From positions 1-64,000 of IMG/VR virus record IMGVR_UViG_3300035703_000008: a stretch of 64,000 nt of DNA; one strand, written 5' to 3'. Position numbers and translations under genes: made by a program. The notes beneath the pieces were generated by a model. That model was not told the DNA's origin, searched no databases, and was given only the letters and a program-made list of their open reading frames with translations. Shown piece by piece: positions 59,750-64,000 of the stretch; the first letter of the stretch is position 1, and each line of letters opens with the position of its first letter.

Positions 59750-60106
59750 CACCATATTGAAGCACATTACTCTCAGAGCACAGAGCATCCGCGGAGAGGA
59801 CCGATCACGTTCGGCTGCACGGTCGCCGACTCAGTAGTGTGTTTCAATATGGTGACACCATATCCAAACGCATTGAGATTCGGAGTGATCAACCGCGGCA
59901 ATGCAGACAACAGGAGATGAGCGGCCTGCCAGTGCGTTTGGATATGGTATCAAAAGGTCACAGCAGATGCAGGTATCGTGCGTGGACGCATGCACTATTC
60001 GGGCCCTCCCAGCCGGGGACGGGTCCTGAGACAACTGCGGGCTCGGCTACGGACCCTTTAGCGAGGGATTCCCAAATCGCCCCGATCTCTGCTGTGACCT
60101 TTTGGT
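59750..60106 (+). ncRNA. tandem array of three long-stem RNA elements
   Basis: 19-22 bp stems in which every mismatch is G-U; units 1 and 2 are homologous and covary. Confidence 0.7.
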
Positions 60107-60129
60107 ATCATACTAGCCTCAAGATTTTT

Positions 60130-60212
60130 GGATGACGGGCGGCATTGGCGACCGCAGCGGACTGTAAATCCGTGCCTTCGGGAACGGGGTTCGAATCCCT
60201 GGTCATCCACCA
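60130..60212 (+). tRNA. tRNA-Tyr (GTA)
   Basis: Cloverleaf, long variable arm, CCA. Confidence 0.88.
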
Positions 60213-60326
60213 AGATGCACAGCGTCGCTCTACGCTGTGGCAGGACGGCCTCTCGATGCTAGCCACGAAGCCTCTCAAACTGCGACTAGAGCTCTACTTG
60301 CAAGGTTGAGCATAGCACCATTTCAT

Positions 60327-60401
60327 GCACCGTTCGTCTATCGGTTAGGACACATCCCTTTCACGGATGGAAGAGGAGTTCGATTCTCCTACGGTGTACC
60401 A
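60327..60401 (+). tRNA. tRNA-Glu (TTC)
   Basis: Cloverleaf, CCA. Confidence 0.92.
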
Positions 60402-60443
60402 TTTTAGGTTAGTTTGCTAAATAAAGTAAAGGAAAACTAACCA

Positions 60444-60887
60444 ATGGCATTAGGAACTTGTAAAACCTGTAGTAAAGAGTTTAGATTCTTCGGAAGTCAA
60501 TCATCGGGTCAATTCTGTTCGAGAGAATGCACCCACGATTACAGAACTAAACTGATTATGGAAAGCGGTAAAGGTAATAAGACCAATGCTGCAACATATT
60601 TGCGAAGATTTGTAAAATACGAATGTTCTTATTGTGGAATCAGTAATTGGCAAGGAAAGCCAATCTCACTGCAAATCGATCACATAGACGGAAACAATAA
60701 AAATAATACAATCGAAAACATAAGATGGTTATGCCCAAATTGTCATAGTCAAACTCCAACTTGGGGATTTAAAAATGCTAGTGAATCCTCGAAACAGGCA
60801 AGCCAACAAGGAGCAAAAAAAGGCAACCAAAAAAATCATCTAAACAATAAATCTTGTCTATCGATAGCAGATTTAGAAAGGTTGTAA
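60444..60887 (+). CDS. HNH homing endonuclease
   Basis: CSYC, LQIDHIDGN..NN..EN.RWLCPNCH; AT-rich. Confidence 0.9.
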   Translation: MALGTCKTCSKEFRFFGSQSSGQFCSRECTHDYRTKLIMESGKGNKTNAATYLRRFVKYECSYCGISNWQGKPISLQIDHIDGNNKNNTIENIRWLCPNCHSQTPTWGFKNASESSKQASQQGAKKGNQKNHLNNKSCLSIADLERL

Positions 60888-60914
60888 GGGGTTCGATTCC
60901 CCTACGGTGTACCA
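60856..60914 (+). pseudogene. remnant second copy of tRNA-Glu (T arm, acceptor 3' strand, CCA)
   Basis: AGGGGTTCGATTCCCCTACGGTGTACCA versus AGGAGTTCGATTCTCCTACGGTGTACCA; GTCTATCG D-arm fragment. Confidence 0.8.
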
Positions 60915-60938
60915 TATATACAGAGCAAGGAGAAAGCC

Positions 60939-61121
60939 ATGCTCACAGGTTGGTTTCTGGTAGTGATGTTGTCCACGGTGGATCGATATCAGATCATCGG
61001 GCTCTATGCCACCGAACAGCACTGCCTCAAGGCACGAGAAAAATTGATGGTACATGTGTATCGTCAAGAACAGCGTGGCATGGAGTGTGTGTCGGTGGAA
61101 CAAGCCAGGCGTTGGAAATAA
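60939..61121 (+). CDS. small protein with hydrophobic N-terminus and two Cys
   Basis: AAGGAG RBS. Confidence 0.6.
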   Translation: MLTGWFLVVMLSTVDRYQIIGLYATEQHCLKAREKLMVHVYRQEQRGMECVSVEQARRWK

Positions 61122-61125
61122 CTGT

Positions 61126-61200
61126 CGCGGGATGGAGAAGAGGCAACTCGCCAGCCTCATAAGCTGGAGATCGCAGGTTCGATTCCTGCTCCCGCTACCA
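61126..61200 (+). tRNA. tRNA-Met (CAT), initiator-like
   Basis: C1:U72 mismatch, CGCGGG start, CCA. Confidence 0.85.
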
Positions 61201-61209
61201 TATAAATAC

Positions 61210-61283
61210 GCGGCGGTCGTATAATGGTAATACCTTAGCCTTCCAAGCTAAAGCCAGGGGTTCGATTCCCCTTCGCCGCTCCA
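61210..61283 (+). tRNA. tRNA-Gly (TCC)
   Basis: Cloverleaf, U73, CCA. Confidence 0.92.
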
Positions 61284-61291
61284 AGTTTTTT

Positions 61292-61367
61292 TGACCGAAA
61301 CGCACAACGGTGTGCGGCCGGACTGTTAATCCGTGTGAGTCAGGTTCGATCCCTGATCGGTCAGCCA
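61292..61367 (+). tRNA. tRNA-Asn (GTT)
   Basis: Cloverleaf with atypical D arm, G73, CCA. Confidence 0.82.
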
Positions 61368-61374
61368 AGATCAT

Positions 61375-61448
61375 TCCGGCGTGGTATAGTGGCATTACAG
61401 CGGTCTCCAAAACCGTTAAGGGGAGTTCGATTCTCTCCGCCGGAGCCA
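61375..61448 (+). tRNA. tRNA-Trp (CCA)
   Basis: Cloverleaf, CCA. Confidence 0.9.
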
Positions 61449-61453
61449 AACAT

Positions 61454-61531
61454 GCAACGATGGCAGAGTGGTCCAATGCACGGGCCTGCAAAACCCGAAA
61501 GTCGCTGGTTCGAATCCAGCTCGTTGCTCCA
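61454..61531 (+). tRNA. tRNA-Cys (GCA)
   Basis: Cloverleaf, U73, CCA. Confidence 0.9.
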
Positions 61532-61558
61532 CAAAAAAACACAAGAAAGGAGGCGATG

Positions 61559-62164
61559 ATGCCAGCAGTATTTCTAGTCAGCGACACGCATTTTGGTCAT
61601 GCCGGCGTGTGTCGCTTCACAAGATCGGATGGTGTGACCAAACTGCGTCCCTGGGACGACGCCGCGGAGATGGATGAAGCCATGATCCGGGCCTGGAACG
61701 AGCGTGTGCGGCCTAACGACAAAGTCTATCACCTAGGCGATGTTGTGATCAATCGCAAATCATTGACGACATTGGCTCGTCTGAATGGCGACAAAGTGCT
61801 CATCCGTGGCAATCACGACATCTTCAAAGATGAGGATTACGCTCCTTACTTCAGGAGCATCCGTGCTTACCATGTCATGAACGGCATGATCCTTAGCCAT
61901 ATCCCTGTTCACGAAGCCAGCCTGGGTCGATTTGGTGTCAACATCCACGGACACTTGCATGCCAACCGAGTGACGCGAGCTAGGGGTGTCAATGCCCGGT
62001 CTGGAGAAATCCAGTACACCGACGAGATTGACCCCAGATACCATTGCGTGTGCGTGGAACAGACTCCGGACTTTGCTCCCATCCTTTTCGAAGACGTGAT
62101 CAAGAGGATCGAAGCCGAAGGCGGTCAAATAGGGTTCCGCAACGGCAATGGTCCGGTGATGTAG
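61559..62164 (+). CDS. calcineurin-like metallophosphoesterase
   Basis: SDTHFGH, HLGD, GNHD, SH.P, HGHLH; AAGGAGG RBS. Confidence 0.9.
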   Translation: MPAVFLVSDTHFGHAGVCRFTRSDGVTKLRPWDDAAEMDEAMIRAWNERVRPNDKVYHLGDVVINRKSLTTLARLNGDKVLIRGNHDIFKDEDYAPYFRSIRAYHVMNGMILSHIPVHEASLGRFGVNIHGHLHANRVTRARGVNARSGEIQYTDEIDPRYHCVCVEQTPDFAPILFEDVIKRIEAEGGQIGFRNGNGPVM

Positions 62165-62167
62165 ATT

Positions 62168-62243
62168 CCGACCGTAGCTCAGTGGATAGAGCATCTGCCT
62201 TCTAAGCAGAGAGTCGCAGGTTCGATTCCTGCCGGTCGGGCCA
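62168..62243 (+). tRNA. tRNA-Arg (TCT)
   Basis: Cloverleaf, CCA. Confidence 0.93.
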
Positions 62244-62461
62244 GTAAAAAGCATATTGCTACAAGTGCAAACAGATTTCGAGACGATGTCATATAATAAT
62301 ACATGCGTTCAAAATCTGTCGTTCCTGTTGTTTTGCTCATACTCTTTGCCTTGGCTCTGATCGCTGTCGGCGAAGTCCTGGAGTGTGTGATGTTGATCAA
62401 TCCCTATGAGACCTGGTGCGATTGATTTTGATCCACTGCCACACAAAGTTTAAATATCCAT

Positions 62462-63202
62462 ATGGCCACTTATACTCGTCAAACCGTTACCCATGTGCAT
62501 CACTGGAGTGATCGCACCTTTACCTTTCGTTGCACACGTGATCGGTCATTCCGATTCGCTGCCGGTGAATTCGTCATGATCGGACTCGAAGTCGAGGGTC
62601 GGGCCGTGCTGCGTGCCTATTCAGTGACCTCGGCGCCCTGGGAAGAAGAACTGGAGTTCCTGTCGATCAAGATCGCCGACGGCGAACTCACCAGCCGACT
62701 ACAACACATACAAGTGGGCGATACCGTGTTGATCGGCGAACGTGCCACCGGTACGTTAAGGAACGAAGCTCTTGCGCCCGGGCGCGATCTCTGGATGCTG
62801 GCCACTGGCACAGGACTGGCACCATTCATGAGCCTGATGCGTGACCTTGACACCATCGAGCGTTGGCAGCATCTACATGTGGTACACAGCGTGAGACATG
62901 GCCAGGACTTGGCCTATCACAACCAGCTGGCGGAGGCCTTTGCCGGCGAAGACCTGCATGACTTGGTGGCCGCCAAACTGGTCTATCATCCAGTGGTCAC
63001 TGGCGAGGGTGCAGCTCGCATCGGCGATCAGCTCAAGTCAGGTCAGTTGGAGTTGGATCCTGATCAGGATCGTGTGATGCTGTGCGGCAATCTCGAGTTC
63101 AATCATGAACTGGCCGAATGGTGCCGCGGTGCAGGCATGACCGAGGGTTTGATGCGTAGGCCTGGTGGCTTCGTGCTGGAACGAGCCTTTGTGGAAAAAT
63201 AA
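62462..63202 (+). CDS. fpr: ferredoxin/flavodoxin-NADP+ reductase
   Basis: RAYS, GELTSRL, ATGTGLAPF, MLCG, ERAFVEK. Confidence 0.92.
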   Translation: MATYTRQTVTHVHHWSDRTFTFRCTRDRSFRFAAGEFVMIGLEVEGRAVLRAYSVTSAPWEEELEFLSIKIADGELTSRLQHIQVGDTVLIGERATGTLRNEALAPGRDLWMLATGTGLAPFMSLMRDLDTIERWQHLHVVHSVRHGQDLAYHNQLAEAFAGEDLHDLVAAKLVYHPVVTGEGAARIGDQLKSGQLELDPDQDRVMLCGNLEFNHELAEWCRGAGMTEGLMRRPGGFVLERAFVEK

Positions 63203-63213
63203 TAGATCTAGAT

Positions 63214-63287
63214 GCGGGTATGGTTTAATGGTAAAACGAAACCTTGCCAAGGTTTAGTTGCGAGTTCGATTCTCGCTACCCGCTCCA
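63214..63287 (+). tRNA. tRNA-Gly (GCC)
   Basis: Cloverleaf, CCA. Confidence 0.92.
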
Positions 63288-63293
63288 CGCTGG

Positions 63294-63322
63294 TTGACAT
63301 CTAAAACCCGATATTGTATACT
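63294..63322 (+). promoter_or_regulatory. sigma70 promoter
   Basis: TTGACA-17-TATACT. Confidence 0.85.
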
Positions 63323-63332
63323 AACAACAACT

Positions 63333-63423
63333 GGAGACGTGACCGAGAGGCCGAAGGTGCTCCCCTGCTAAGGGAGTATGCGCCAAAAGCGCATCGTGGG
63401 TTCGAATCCCACCGTCTCCGCCA
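63333..63423 (+). tRNA. tRNA-Ser (GCT)
   Basis: Cloverleaf, long variable arm, CCA. Confidence 0.93.
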
Positions 63424-63427
63424 AGAC

Positions 63428-63625
63428 GTGCTGTCTAATCAACAGCTAGTGTGGTCCGCATGTCGAGAAGTGGTGTGATAGCCACAGGACCTTACCATTT
63501 GGAGCAAATGGCGCTGGCAATGCGACAATCCTCCCTGGTCGGGAAGCGGGTGGAAGGCATGCGTGATGGGATTGAGACCGCTCGGTTCTTGATGTGCTAC
63601 AATTACCGCCGCAGGGGGGAAGCAC
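63428..63625 (+). ncRNA. unassigned multi-stem RNA A
   Basis: Closing GTGCT/AGCAC with several internal helices. Confidence 0.55.
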
Positions 63626-63626
63626 C

Positions 63627-63837
63627 TGTTGTCATCAGTGAAGGCGTGAGCGAAAGTATGGCCATGCCCCAACTACCAGGGGAGAGCACCACCCCGAGCT
63701 TCTGCGACTCTGTTATAGAGCGGACCTGATCCTGGCCGGTCAGGATGAGCATGCGGCGGGGGACATTGGCGTTGGATTCATAGTCCAGATAACGTTCGGG
63801 TCTTAAACACAGGGTAGTGCCTTCACCGATGACGATA
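63627..63837 (+). ncRNA. unassigned multi-stem RNA B
   Basis: Long closing stem GTCATCAGTGAAGGC/GCCTTCACCGATGAC. Confidence 0.55.
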
Positions 63838-64000
63838 TCGCCACAGATATCTCGGCATAAAACGATGTCTTTGCTGTGTCTGGGTTAAATATTTTCCTAT
63901 ACGGAGTCAAATCATGGATATATCCATATTACTATTATTGGCAGCAGTGGCAGTGCTTGTATTTTTGTTGAGCAAAAAACAGAACCGTCCGCAAAATCTC

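Noticed and set aside
59750-60106. CRISPR array, MITEs or terminators
   Set aside because: The units are inverted rather than direct repeats, mismatches are strand-specific G-U pairs, and there are no target-site duplications or U-tracts
59839-60135. 98-aa ORF in the stem array
   Set aside because: No RBS or recognisable motif; it lies across the RNA stems
61310-61558. N-terminal extension of the metallophosphoesterase ORF
   Set aside because: It runs through three tRNA genes; a strong RBS supports the start at 61559
63451-63729. 92-aa ORF
   Set aside because: No RBS, and it overlaps dense base-paired structure; more likely non-coding
63627-63837. RNase P RNA or tmRNA
   Set aside because: GAGCGAAAGT only loosely resembles GAGGAAAGUCC, the 3' P4 partner is absent, and there are no tRNA-Ala-like ends or tag frame
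1-64000. Stop-codon reassignment as seen in some jumbo phages
   Set aside because: Known genes are full length in the standard code, TAA, TAG and TGA all terminate genes, and no suppressor tRNA was seen

Overview
This window is a 64-kb segment of a large T4-like (jumbo-type) dsDNA phage using the standard genetic code. The probable host is a betaproteobacterium, judged from the IscS and AhpC sequences (inference). Layout: (1) 0-5.6 kb, late genes for probable head-internal proteins with MRAxEF leaders, including a modular polyprotein built from cassettes separated by an invariant GGTGTGGCGGAA (GVAE) repeat, plus an HNH gene and dps. (2) 5.6-46 kb, replication genes (family B DNA polymerase, clamp, RNase H-like nuclease) interleaved with many modification enzymes: five Twitch/SPASM-type radical SAM paralogues, 2OG-Fe(II) oxygenases, methyl- and glycosyltransferases, ahcY, metK, and a 7-deazaguanine pathway (TGT/DpdA-like, folE, queD, queE, and a QueD paralogue with the LxxxHRHxF motif). 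A preQ1-I-like RNA element lies upstream of queD. (3) 47-53 kb, small early genes behind sigma70-type promoters. (4) 53.8-58 kb, ahpC-iscS-aldolase-ahpF. (5) 59.7-64 kb, a boxA-containing RNA region with 10 tRNAs (an eleventh lies at 49.1 kb), an HNH gene flanked by a duplicated tRNA-Glu 3' end, a tandem array of long covarying RNA stems enclosing variable cargo, and two further ~200-nt structured RNAs I cannot assign. All calls come from reading motifs by eye; no database searches were run.
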